A program made the position numbers and the translations under genes. A DNA stretch of 64,000 bases, taken from NCBI GenBank assembly GCA_052327205.1, contig CM126204.1:282286001-282350000 (forward strand). Reading direction: 5' to 3'. Shown piece by piece: positions 10,721-23,947 of this stretch. Each line of letters opens with the position of its first letter. Within the stretch, counting starts at the first letter, position 1. This DNA comes from Somniosus microcephalus (lineage: Eukaryota). The notes under the pieces were generated by a model. The model worked only from the letters and a program-made list of their open reading frames with translations. It was not told where the DNA came from and did no database searches.

Positions 10721-13417
10721 TGGACTAATGATCTGTGAGTTCAAATCCCACCACGGCAACTGGGGCATTTAAATGAATTTAATTAAATAAATCTGGAATA
10801 AAAAACCTAGAATCTAAAAGTCTAGAATAAAATCCATGAAACTATTGGATTGTCTTTAAAAACTCATCTGGAAATCTGCCATCCTTACCCGGTTTGGCCT
10901 ATATGTGGCTCCAGACCCACAGCAATGTGGTTGACTCTTAACTGCCCTCTGAAATGGCCTAGCAAGTCACTGTGTACAAAAACCGCTACAAAAAACAATG
11001 AGTAAAACCAGACGAAGACCACCCTGTAAAGTCCTCATCTGGGGACTTTGTGCCAAAATTGGAAGAACTGTCCCACAGACTAGTAATGTATCAACCTGAC
11101 ATAGTCATACCTTTCAAGCAATGTCCCAGACTCCTCCATCACCATCCCTGGGCATGTCCAGTTCCACTGGCAGGACAGACCACAAGTGGTATATAGTCAG
11201 GATGGAGTGGCCCTGGGAGTCTTCCTATACCTCATAGTCCTCAACATTGACTCTGGACCCCATGAAGTCTCATGGCTTAGGGTCAAGCATGGGCAAGGAA
11301 ACCTCCTGCTGATTACCACCTACCGCCCTCCCTCAGCTGATGAATCAATACTTCTCCATGTTGAACACCAGCTGGAAGAAGTACTGAGGGTAGCAAGGGC
11401 ACAGAATGTACTCTGGGTGGGGGACTTCTATGTCCATCACCAAGAGTGGCTCGGTAGCACCACTACTGACCGAGCTGGCCGAGTCCTGAAGGACATAGCA
11501 GCCAGACTGTGCCTACGGCAGGTGGTGAGAGAACCAACACGAGGAGAAAAACCTACTTGACCACCTCCTCATCAATCTACCTGTCACAGATGCATCTGTC
11601 CATGATGGTATTGGTAGCAGTGACCACCTCACAGTCCTTGTGGAGACGAAATCTTGTCTTCACACTGAGGACACCCTCCATCGTGTTGTGTGGCACTACC
11701 ACCGTGCTAAATGGGATAGATTCAGAACAGATCTAGCAGCTCTAAACTGGGCATCCATGAGGCGATGTGGGCCGTAAGCAGACAAAAATTGTATTCCACC
11801 ACAATCTGTAACCTCATGGCCTGGCAAATGCCTCACTCTACCATTACCATCAAGCCAGAGGACCAACCCTGGTTCAATGAGGAGTGCAGAAGTGCATGCC
11901 AGGAGCAGCACCAGGCATACCTAAAAATGAGGTGCCAACCTAGGGAAGCTGCAACACAGGACTACATGCATGCTAAACAGCGGAAGCGGCATGCTATAGA
12001 CAGAGCTAAGTGATCCCACAATCAACGGATCAGATCAAAGCTGTGCAGTCCTGCCACATCGAGTCGTGAATGGTGGTGGACAATTAAACAACTAACGGGA
12101 GGAGGCGGTTCCATGAATATCCCCATCCTCAAATGATGGCGGAGCCCAGCATGCGAGTGCAAAAGACAAGGCTGAAGTGTTTGCAACCATCTTCAGCCAG
12201 AGGTGCCATGTGGATGATCCATTTCGGCCTTCTGAGGTCCCGACCATCACAGAAGCCAGTCTTCAGCCAATTCGATTCACTCCAAATGATATCCAGAAAT
12301 GGCTGAACGCACTGAATACAGCAAAGGCCGATAACATCCCACCTGTCGTGCTGAAGACTTGTGCTCCAGAACTCACAGCTAGCCAAGCTGTTCCAGAACT
12401 CACAGCTAGCCAAGCTGTTCCAGTACCGCTACAATCTACCCGACAATGTGGAAAACTGCCCAGGTATGTCCTGTCGACAAAAAGCAGAACAAATCCAATC
12501 CGACAAATTACCGCCCCATCAGTCTATTCTCAATCATCAGCAAAGTGAAGGTAGGTGTCGTCGACAGTGCTATCAAGCGATGCTTACTCACCAATAACCT
12601 GCTCACTGATGGTCAGTTTGGGTTCCGCCAGGACCACTCGGTTCCAGACCTGATTACAGCCTTGGTCCAAACATGGACAAAGGAGCTGAATTCCAGAGGT
12701 GAGGTGAGAGTGACTGCCCTTGCCATCAAGGCAACATTTGACCGAGTGTGGCATCAAGGAGCCCTAGTAAAACTGAAGTCAATGGGAATCGGGGGGGAAA
12801 ACTCTCCATTGGCTGGAGGCATACCTAGCACAAAGGAAGATGGTTGTGGTGGTTGGAGGTCAAACATCTCAGCCCCAGGAGATCGCTGCAGGAGTTCCTC
12901 GGTGTAGTGTCCTAGACCCAACCACCTTCAGCTGCTTCATCAATGACCTTGCCTCCATCATAAAGTCAGAAGTGGGGATGTTCGCTGCTGATTGCACAGT
13001 GTTCAGTTCCATTCGGAACTCCTCAGATAATGAAGCCGTCAAGGCCCGCGAGCAGCAAGACCTGGACGACGTTCAGGCCTGGGCTGAGAAGTGACGAGTA
13101 ACATTCGCGCCAGGCAATGACTAGGTCCAGCATGCAAGAGTCTAACCACTGCCCCTTGACATCAATGGCATTACCATCGCCAAATCCTCCACCATTAACA
13201 TCCAGGGGGGTCACCATTGACCAGAAGCGTAATTGGACCAGCCACACATACTGGTTCAAAATCCTGGAACTCCCTCCCTAACAGCACTGTGGGAGTACCT
13301 TCACCACAGACTGCAGCGGTTCAAGAAGGCGGCTCACCACCACCTTGAGCAGTTAGGGATGGGCAATAAATGCTCACCTTGCCAGCGAAGCCCACATCCC
13401 AAGAACCAATAAAAAAA
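10680..13417 (+). mobile_element. tRNA-headed single-ORF LINE (APE+RT, CR1/Zenon-like), decayed copy
   Basis: A-box 10680-10690, B-box GTTCAAATC 10739-10747; APE motifs YRPP, WVGDF.VHH, EPTR, SDH; RT motifs NYRPISL, QFGFR, FDRVWH, GVP..SVL.P, FAAD; 3' tail ending AATAAAAAAA at 13417. Confidence 0.88.
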
Positions 13418-13419
13418 GG

Positions 13420-14130
13420 AGCTTGCATTTATATATTGCCTTTCATGTTTTCAGGATACCCCAAGTGCTTCCCAACCAGTTTTGAAGTGTAGTCACTTGT
13501 AATGCACGTAAACGCGGCAGCCAATTTATCCGCAGCAAGGATTCACAAACGGCAGCGAGATGAATGAACAGTTAATGTTTTTGGTGCTGGTTTTGGGGGG
13601 GTATAAATGTTGGCTCGAATTCTCTTGCTCATCTTTGAATAGTGCCATGGGACTTTTACATCCATGAATACGGTGGTCTAGTGTTATGGTTGTAAAATTG
13701 AATTCAATAAATCTGAATTTGTGGTGACACCAGAAAAAAGTGATCATGAAATTTGATTGAATGTTGTAAAAACTCAACTGGTTCACTAACGTCCTTCAGG
13801 GAGGGACCTGCCACCTCTGACCTACATGTGACTCCAGTCCCGCACTAAATGGTTGACTTGATGCCATGAGGATGGGTAATAAATAAAAGACTTGAAAGAC
13901 TTGCATTTATATAGTGCCTTTTACAACCTCAGGATGTCCCAAAGCGCTTTACAGCCAATGAAGTACTTTTGAAGTGTAGTCACTGTTATAATACAGGAAT
14001 ACTGCCTTGTCAGTCACCCATATCCCAAGAACAAATTAAAAGAGAGGGCAGACATGGTTTAACATCCAAAAGATGAAGCCCCTGACTCCCTCAGATACGG
14101 CACTGCACTGAAATGTCAGCCTAGATAATG
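13420..14130 (-). mobile_element. SacSINE1/DeuSINE-like SINE, interrupted by nested insertions
   Basis: Minus strand Deu-domain-like gtaaaagtcccatggcactattcaaagatgagcaagagaattc... with L2-type tail ...atataaatgcaagc; the 5' part resumes at ~14041. Confidence 0.8.
13670..14040 (+). mobile_element. Short SINE related to both ends of the tRNA-headed LINE, itself interrupted by a SacSINE1 tail (13886-14000, -)
   Basis: Shares body (aaaactcaactgg, tacatgtgactccag, tggttgact) and tail (ggatgggtaataaat...cccatatcccaagaac) with 10680-13417. Confidence 0.75.
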
Positions 14131-14830
14131 GCCGTGAAATGGCAGTGCTTTTGACAGTGTACACACAGCCTTCAGAAAGACCCCGCAAGTTCCGTATTGA
14201 CAGATCCTTCGCATCTGGTACAAATTCACTTTCGCTGGCGCAGAGTTGGGCTATTCGTCCAACTACTGTCCAGCGAATGCCCACGAAACCCTTATGCCAG
14301 GTTAAAAACAGGCATACGGCCTTTTACCAGCATAAGGGTTAAAATTTTAAACATGTTTAAAACATACACATACATTTAAAATTTGTTTAGGTAAATTTTG
14401 GCCCATTTTAAAATGTTTAAATTTATTTTTCAAAATATTACATTGTTATTTTAAATACTTAATTCAAGGGTCTTTTAATTAATGGGAACATTTATTTTTA
14501 TTTAAGTGGTGTGAATTCTTATTTATTTGGGGATTTCTAATATGCTTATGGGAATTCTGTACGTAAATGGAATGCCCATAAGCATCATAGGAATCCCCCT
14601 ATTCAAATGTCAGCTTTGATTGTGTGTTCAATTCCTAATGTATAGAACTACTCAGATGCTGAGGTCAGCATCAACTAAAATACATGCGCACCACTTGCCT
14701 GATTTGCAATTGAAGCAGGTTTACTGTATTAGTACCATAAAACAGTTAAACCATTTGAGAGAGGGCCAACAGCCAGAAAACTGGCCTCAGACTGGCTGAA
14801 AAATGGTCCGAATGCAGTCTTTTCAACCAG
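14130..14830. repeat. Palindrome-rich MITE-like repeat remnant
   Basis: 18-bp palindrome TTTTAAACATGTTTAAAA ~14345 and 70-nt hairpin 14529-14598; family assignment uncertain. Confidence 0.4.
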
Positions 14831-15529
14831 TTGAGTACAGCATTATGTTTATTCTTGTTTGGCCAGAAATGCTCGTGTGAGAGAAGTTCATTGGTGCCAA
14901 AGGAACTGTCGCTTGCGGAAGTGATAACTCGCTTATGGTGTAGTACGAGTCACTAGTTCATAGTACAAACCTGCATTCGTAGATTTACTTTTTTTTTAAA
15001 AAAAACAATCTATTGAGTGCATGATGAAAGATTGGCATCAGATCATGGAGGAAAAAATGTGTGCCAGCCTGTCTGTCTCCCATCCTGCTCTTACCTGTGC
15101 CACAATTTAAGTAGTTCTTGAGCTCTTAGCGACATCATGGCTCCGCTGTATAATAAATATTACAAAATTGGTTGAACAAAATCTAGAAACCTAAATAGTG
15201 CCAACCACTGTACATCCATGTGACGTGTTGGTGCAAGCAGTTTTTGTTAAATGCCCATTAGTTTAAAAATAAAAAATACCTGTTCAAATGAATAATATTG
15301 CTCAAAGGAGCCACCGGGCTGGCAAATGCCCCAAACACAAATCAGGAATGAGACAGCCGTGAATTTTAGTTGACGCTGTTTTTGCATTCACACAGTTGAA
15401 AGTGACAGGAAAACAAAGGTTGCTGCTACTGCTGACCTTTTTCTGAAAACCCACTGAAAAGTCGACTGGTGTTAAAATCAGTTTGAGGGAAGTCATAACG
15501 TTTATAGCATCAATGAAAATTGAATGAAG

Positions 15530-15730
15530 TAGAATCAGAAAATGCTGAAACTACAACAGATCGTTTTATTCAGCCCCATAAAAGGGGCTTGGATATTTTC
15601 CAGTTTCCTGACTAAGGTTAATGTTTTGGTTGTACACCCTATCATCTCTTTTTTTAGATGCTGATAGACTTGTGCATTTTCTGTTTTTAATTCCGATTTC
15701 TAGCATTTGCAGTTTCTGTTCTTTTTATCT
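15530..15730. repeat. Degenerate inverted pair of Penelope-derived shark repeat
   Basis: cagaaaatgctgaaa... facing ...gcattttctgtttttaattccgatttctagcatttgcag. Confidence 0.55.
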
Positions 15731-17174
15731 GTAATGCAAATTGAATCATTGCAGTTTAAATTTTGCGACTGTAAATCGGTTGCAAGATGCTTTTCTTACT
15801 GACTGCAGTCTATGTATAAGGCTATGCACATTTTTGGGTCAAATTTATTTCCCAATTATTTGCTGTTATTTTAAGCTCTGGTCACAATTTGAAACCAATT
15901 ACTTCAGTCCAAGCAGCTCTGTCAGAATGCGGGAGTCAGGAAAAAAACACTTAATTCGAACTAAATTATTTTTATTCTTCGGGCAATCTTTGTCTTAATT
16001 AAATCAGTTCTATAGTAGTCAGTGCTCCTTAGCCCTTTTGAGTTCCACTACGCTGTCTTGCACACTTTTGTCTTGACATCCCTGTTCTGTTGAAATAAAG
16101 ACTCATTTCAACTCCTGCTCTGACTCATTCATGCACATGCCTCCAACACTGTTGAACTCCTTACTTCTCTGTCTTTGCCCCTGCAATTTTCGGGCTTTTA
16201 AAATCCAAGAGTGGTGCCATTTATTGCTTTGCTTCTTTTACTCTTTTCAACCTTCTGTACTCTGGGTCTTTAACTTTAATTTGTTAATTTAGAGAAAACT
16301 CCCTGAGCACATTGTATAGAATGGATAGCAGGGACACATGCTCATGGTGGAGATGTGAAGGGGATTTGGGACACACTGAAGTTGTAACATTTTAAGGATT
16401 TTCTTTTAGCCTTTTTTCCACAGTTGAATTTTGAAGCCACCTAATTACATCACCTGTGTTTTGTTGGCCCAGTTAGAAAAGCCAGTCTGATTGCTTCTAT
16501 CTGTGAGACAGAGATTGTAATTTCTAGCATCCATGAAACAAAGGGGGGCGGGGGGGAAGAGATACAAATAGAGGGAAAGGAGGTCGGGCAGTTTCTTTCC
16601 TCATTTTTTTATAGGTTGAATTTTGAAAGCAAAGAAAACATCTTTGGGGAAAACTGATAGCAAGGTAGGTAGTAGGGAAATTGGTTGAGGGTAAACAAAC
16701 CTCTAGCCCCTTGCCACCTGCCCTTTAGGGGAGCTAGAGGGAGTGGAAATAAGGTGAAGAGTGGAGAAAGAGGATTGAGTAGGTGGGCTAAAAGGGAAGT
16801 GGTAGGCGTAAGGATGGAAGTGAGGGTGTGCTGTTACATAGTATTCACAGCACAGAAACAGGCCATTCTGCCTAACCGGTCTTTGTCGGTGTTTATGCTC
16901 CACACAAAGCCGCCTCCCATCTTAATTCATCTCATCTTAGGTGGGATGGTGTAGTGGAAGAGGATGGAGGAAGCACAAATAATTGAAGGAGGGAAAGGGA
17001 AAGGGCCAGGTTTCTTCACCCCACCACCCACACACACACTCAAACAATGCTATCTGGAGCCATTAGTGGCCTCTTTCAATGCCCTACCACCTATTGCCTC
17101 TTTCATGAAAGAGGGAAGAAGTGGAAAAGAACAGAGAGAAGCAAAAAGTTATAGTTAGAGAAACACAGAAAAGT

Positions 17175-17270
17175 GCTTGCATTTATATAGCACCTTTCAT
17201 ATCCTCATAATTGTCCCAAAGTGCTTCACGGCTAAAGTGTAGGCGCTGCTGTATTTGTAGGCAAACAAGA
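17175..17270 (-). mobile_element. SacSINE1/L2 tail fragment
   Basis: cttgcatttatatagcacctttcat...gtcccaaagtgcttcac, the same tail as 13420 and 39005. Confidence 0.65.
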
Positions 17271-20200
17271 AGCGAAATAGAGATAGGATAGGTTGAAAAG
17301 CAACAGAGACAAACAGCAACACAAAGACAGCAGAGAGAAGTCATTTTCTCCAACTTGCCATATGCAACACCCTGGGAGATCAACTAATGTATTAAAAATC
17401 TTGTATCTGCATACACTTCCTGTCAACTTGTGCCATTATAGATTCCTATGTCCACATAATTGAAACTGCACCTCCATTTCTGAGACAAGTGAGACATTTA
17501 CATAGGTACTTTCCATTATAAATGTGGACACAGAAATTTATGATGGAAGTATAAAATAAGGACAGAATGTATGGCTTTAAAATGGGTTCCAAATTATGTC
17601 TCTGGATCCGGGTCCAATTATCCCCTGCTCGTCAACCCCAATTAACCAAAAAAGTACATCTGGTCTTGACTACCCATGTGCAATGACATGGGACATTTTC
17701 CAGTAATATATTAAAAATTCTTATATCTGCACGCATGCACTTCCTGTCTACAAAATATTACCTCCTATTTACAAAACCTTGCTTCCTGTTCACACATTTT
17801 TGTCATACTTTTGTCAACGTTGTGGACATAGGCAATTTCCGTTATAAATTCCAATATAAACTTATCACTGTAATTACACCCACCGCCGCTGCCAATGGGG
17901 GGTGCATTAGCACCTCAGTTTGGTGCATCTCAGCTCCTTGGCCTATACTACAGAGAAACTCCTATGCTTCAATCAACTCTACCCCTCTCCTTCCCAAATT
18001 GCCATATGTTTTGCTATTTAACTATAAATAATCTAAAATCAAAATGTTATACAAAAATAAGGGCAGATTGCAGGACTTTAAAATGCGGATTGAATTCGGT
18101 CTGCACAACCTGGTCCAGGGTACCCTCTAACCCCGCACCACCTGAAGACTGCACTTGGACTTGATCCCCATGTGCAGTGCCATGAGTGATTGACTAATAA
18201 TGTATCTTTGCACTACTGTTAAACTTTATTAACTCGTACAATAGAAAATAAATAGTTTGCAACTTCTGTGTGAAAATTATAATTACCTTTTTTGTAGTTT
18301 AATTAATCATTTCCTCACCAGCTATGGAAGTTGTATGGCACATCTTGTTGTCTTCAGTTAACCTCTCTGAAGACCCCAGGTCAAACTCACTGATTTGAAA
18401 AACTCCCCAGAGCAGTAACCAAAGCTAATATGTTACATAAATAACTGTTAAATTGTAAAGGCTGTCAATTAGGCACACATCTGGACAAATCATATACACT
18501 TAAATTCAGTGTGTGGCTCCTCCCTCAAACAGACTTCCAGGAGGCCAAACTACCTAATTGTCATAAGATTGTCAAGTTAAGCTGAGATGTGACTTCTGTA
18601 AGTGAGATTGGTTTTTAATTCATTAAGTAGAGTGACAGAAGTAAAGGAGCTAATACCAAGCTAAACCTTAGACAAAAATGCTTCACTAATGTCACACAAA
18701 TCTCCTAGCTCATTCACTTTGAACCAGATTTGTGCATAAACTAGGAGAGGGAAGAGAGAGAATATTGAAAAGTATAAAACCTTCTCCATTCTTGGGCATT
18801 TTTCTACTGCGGCCCTTTTTCAGAAAAAAATAATCATTGTGCCAACTTTGGTTGTGGTCAGGGAAGAAAATAATTATCAACTGGAAAACTCAAATTTCCT
18901 TAGATATTGAAGACTGGAGTAAAGAAATAATCTTGACTATTGATGTGAGTTGCAATTTTAGGGACTAATTTGGGGGGTTTTGTTATGCGACTAGAATGCC
19001 CCATGCAAAGGGATCTGATTAATTCTCTGGGCAGTGATGACTGGTAATCTGTTTAAACATTCTTCCCAACTAAAGGAAATCTTCATTGAAGGAAATTGTA
19101 CTTGTAAAGCTTATCTTGGTTTATAGCAGTCACTAAAGTTAAACCTGAGTTGGTTGTTAATTCTGATTTGATATGAGGAGAGCAGAAAATGTTGTAATAC
19201 TTCATGAATTTTGGAACTGGCACCTGGAACTGTCATTCTGCTTTGATTTATAGTTCTTTGAAAACTAGTGTAGAATGGGCTGGCCACAGTTGCCTTGATT
19301 GCCAGGACAACCTCCAGTGACTTTAACTAACTTATTTATCTAATGCAGGAAAATTCTAAAAAAAATAATTTGGGAGACTTCTGTGAAGTTGTCTGTTGGA
19401 ATGATTTGTACAAGAAAATTCCACCAGTGACACTGAGGAATTTGAGAGATCTGTTCAAAATTGTTGTCACTGAGAAGAGAGCACCTCTTCAAGTTTCATT
19501 TGTTCCTTGTTTGATGAGCATTCACTATTTTATTTGCAGTGTTTCAAATAATGCAGTGAATACTTATCCAACAAGAATTTGACTCATTCTCCAATCTCGT
19601 CCCTGCTTAGAAGTAACCTACCAGTCTGATAGAGAGCTGCTTGGATTTTTTTTAATAGCCTTATTCCCTTTACATAATACTGTAGTTGAGTTGGATCTAG
19701 ATTTTTAATGATGTTTTGGACTTGGATAAGTTTTCAGGAATTGTAATAAACTAACCTTTTTTAAAGTCTTTCACTGGGTCCCTGTTGAATAATTGCAGTC
19801 TTGTTCCTATACAGCCTACCCAGTCAAATTAATAGAATTACTGTGATACAAATTAAATATAAACATCAAACATTCTCTGAATGCTTATCCTAGTCTCACT
19901 CATTGAGTGGAGTATTTTTGTTCTTTCCCAGATTCTAGTTCGCTACTTATGTTATTGTCCATGTGCCATGATATCTTAGATCTACTGTGTAAGATGATAT
20001 TGATGGACAATCTTGTTTTAGCCACCAGATGTCACAGTTTGCTTAGTTAATACTAAGTAATAAAGGATTTTCTAAAGTCTGCTGAAGACCTGCAGCTGCA
20101 CCTTCAGTATTGCATCAAGTATCTAAATTTCTGTGAATAGAGTGATAGCTGAAATAAAGTTATCACCATATCTACATCCAGATGGTTCATAAAACTATAT

Positions 20201-21419
20201 CCAATTGTTGGCTTTGTGCCATAGATAACTGGTAGTCTTCAGCCTTGGACACTGCAATTTGATGTGAGAGAAAGGGCCTGGAATTTCAAACTATCATAGT
20301 CCACCTGCTGGTTTTGCAGTAAGTGGACCAGATATTAATCACTTTTTATTTAGGTTATGATGGGTTGTACCATGACTTGAGATGCATCTTGTGGGATACC
20401 AAAGTAACCATTATTTGGTAAAAGTTGTTGCAGAAGTAACTTTATTTAATAAAAAAAACTGTCCGTTCAAGATTTTCAGTACACATACAATTATCTCAGC
20501 CTTCAGTAGAAGTAAAACTGTAACTACCACCTGCAACAGTATTAACAGGCATTCTATTTTATACTGTTTCAGATGTGATGACTGGTACAAGAATTTGTTT
20601 TCACATGTGGAAAGTGTTTCTTTTAAACATGCATGCTATTTATTGTAGCAACAATGCAGTATTGCAGAGGTATTGTATATGCCACGTGCCAGCTGCATCT
20701 CTGGCATCTGTACTCGGATTTGTAGGGAAAGATGCTCCCACTAGAAGACAAGACTGAAGGTGTGGCATGCAGCAGATACTACAATGAATTGTTCTGCTCC
20801 CTCCCCCACACACCCCTGACTATCTTGTAATACATTTCGGTGATCACTGTTAATCTTTAGCTATCAATTAATTCCAACCCCAATCCTATTACTCCTAGTG
20901 GAATTATTGATCTGCAAATTAAATACAGATAGGACATAGCTGGTAACTTGTGTGCTATCCCAAGACTCATTTCAGAAATGTTGAGGCAGTGACTGATCTG
21001 AAGTTATTTAATCTACAGCATGATTAAGATATTTGATTAACATTTTTAAGCAGAAATAGAATTTTGGTGCCATTTTTTAAATATTCTTAAATTATGATCA
21101 TAACCATTGAAGAACCACTGACATACTAGTTCAAGAAATGTAAATGCAATATGTACAAGAACTAGATTAATACCACAATATTTTTCCTATTTCATAAAGA
21201 TGGCATCGTCCCGGAACTAATTTTCTTTTTTTATAACGTATGTGCAAAGAACACAAGTGATCATTTCGAAACCCAGACTGATCCATACTCTAAATTCCAG
21301 CTGCGGTGCAATCAAACCAAAAAGGAATAGTCAACCTTAAACTACTTTTAAAAAACCTAGACACCTGATGTTAGTATGAGTTTAAGTTTAAATTTTTTCT
21401 TGTGGGTCCTCATACAGTT

Positions 21420-23125
21420 ATCTGTTGGTACAACGATACAACTTCGAACTGCTACTAGAAGCAGAAAAAGAAGCAGAAAAATTGTTGATCAGCCATATAG
21501 GTACCTAATACAGTGGAGAACCAAGCTAAATATAGAAAGTACAGAGGAGATCTTAAAAAAAAAAAAGGGAATAAGAGGGGCAAAGAGAGGAGTTTGAGAA
21601 TAGATCCGCGGCTAACATAAAAGGGAACCCAAAAGTTTTTACTAAACATATAAATAGTAAAAGGGTAATCAAAGGAAGGGTGGAGCTGACTAGGGACCAA
21701 AAAGATCATCATGTGGAGGCAGAGAGTGTGGCTGAGGTACTAAATGAGTACTTTGCATCTGTCTTCACTACAGAAGAGGATGCTGCCAATATAGCAGTGA
21801 AGGAGGAGGTAATGATATTGGATAGGATAAAAATAAAGAGCAGGTTCTTAAAAGGTTGGCAGTCCTCAAGGTAGAAAAGTCACCTGCTGGGATGCATCCT
21901 CGATTACTGAGGGAAGTAAGGGTTGAAATTGCAGAGGCTCTGTCCACAATCTTCTAATACTCCTTAGATATGGGGGTGGTTCCAGAGGACTGGAGGATTG
22001 AAAATGTTACACCCCTCTTTAAAAAAGGGGTGAGGGATAAACCAGGAAGCTACCACATAATAGACTGGTTAGCAAAATTACAACCCATGGGATTAGAGGG
22101 ACGGGGGCCGTGTGGATAGAAAGCCGATGAACGGTTGCTTTTTAGACTGAAGGGAAGAAGAGTGGGCCCCAGGGGTTGGTATTGGGACCACTGCTTTTTT
22201 TGATATATATCAATGACCTGGACTTGGGTATACAGGGCATAATTTCAAATGTTGCAGCTGACGTGAAACTCGGAAATCTAGTAAACAATGAGGAGGATAG
22301 GAACAGACTTCAGGTGGACATAGACAGACTGGTGAAATGGGCAGACACATGGCAGATGAAATTTAACAGAGAAGGGTGAAGTGATACATTTTGGTAGAAA
22401 GAATGAGGAGATGCAATATAAACTGAATGAGACAATTTTAAAGGTGTGCAGGAACAGAGAGACCTGGGGATGTAGGAACACAAATCTTTGAAGGTGGCAG
22501 GACAAGTTGAGAAGGCTGTTTTTAAAAAAAAAAAAAAAAGTGTATTTGATCCTTGGCTTTATAAATAGGAGAATAGAGTACAAAAGCAAGGAAGTTATGC
22601 TACACCTTTATAAAACACTGGAGTATTGTGTTCAATTCTGGGCACCACACATTAAGAAGGATGTCAAGGCCTTGGAGAGGGTGCAGAAGATATATACTAG
22701 AATGGTACTAGGGATGAGGGACTTCAGTTATGTGGAGAGACTGGAGAAGCTGGAGTTGTTTTCCTTCTAGCAGAGAAAGTTGAGGGGAGATTTGATAGCG
22801 GTGTTCAAAATCATGAACTGTTTTGATAGAGTAAATAAGGAGAAAGGGTTGGTAACCAGAGGACGCAGTTTTAAGGTGATTGGCAAAATTGACAGGAGGA
22901 AACATTTTTTTACACAGCGAGTTGTAATCTGGAATGCACTACCTGAAAGGGCGGTGGAAGCAGATTCAATAGTAACTTTCAAAAGGAAATTGGATAAATA
23001 CTTGAAGGGAAAAAATTTGCAGGATTATGGGAAAAGAGCAGGGGAGTGGGACTAGTTGGACAACTACCAAAGAGCTGGCACAAGCACGATGGGCAATGGC
23101 CTCCTTGGGCTGTATCATTCTATAT
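21420..23125 (+). mobile_element. CR1 LINE ORF2 (internally deleted) with 3' UTR
   Basis: AEVLNEYFASVFT, LGPLLFLIYINDL, LEYCVQFWAPH, LERVQ, HFFTQRVVIWNALP; tail gggcaatggcctccttgggctgtatcattctat. Confidence 0.9.
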
Positions 23126-23947
23126 GAAACCAATTAAGCTCACGTGTGTAAGGCCCATGGTGTTTGGGCTGTGGAAAGGGTCCTCGAGACCGACAACTTC
23201 TGCTGTCCCTGTTTACTGTAACTGCGTGCTCCAGCCCCCATTGCAGAGCAAATAAAAAGCAAAGCTTGTTTTCTGAGCTTCTGACCTCCATTCTGGGGAC
23301 CCATGGGGAACTGGGTCTTAGGCACCTGAGAACATGGAGTGTTCTTCATGTCTATTAGTGTACGGTCATCGGTTGCTGCTGAGGCCTCACTGTGTAAAAT
23401 AAACTAGGTTTGATAGAGAATTAAGAAATATGGGGTCCTCTGTTAGTTTTGGTCTTTAATTGTATATGTTGTATTGACATACAAATGAACGGCAAATTTT
23501 TAAAACGAGCTTTAAGGGTATGGCTTATATGAGTTTCTTTTCATGATGAGGGGGAAAGAGCTTAAGATTGGGGTTCAGCTCATATGCATTAATATGGTCC
23601 AACGTGGGACCAGAAATGTGTCTTGCTTGTCTTTGATCTGTTTGAGACCAGTTGCAGTGGGTGCATATATATTCCAGGATCTGTTCCAATGTTTCTAGAT
23701 ATGACCAATATTTTAGGAATGATGGAAGATCACTGTACAAGCTTAAAGTGTAATGTGTTGGCACCATGAAGTGTGGCAACATATTAACTTACTACGGTAA
23801 TAAGGAGTCTTGTATAGAGAGTAAGCATTGTCCTTGTGATTAGTCAGATGGCATCAACAGAGGCCTGTGAGTAGATCACCCACTTTCGGCCACAGGTGTT
23901 GGGATGAATAAAAATGTTTTAAAACATTATTATTTAATTATTTGCAG

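Noticed and set aside
10680-10755. Possible tRNA gene
   Set aside because: No cloverleaf or terminator; it is the head of the retroelement.
12366-12419. 27-bp tandem duplication inside the LINE
   Set aside because: Looks like a local post-insertion slippage event.
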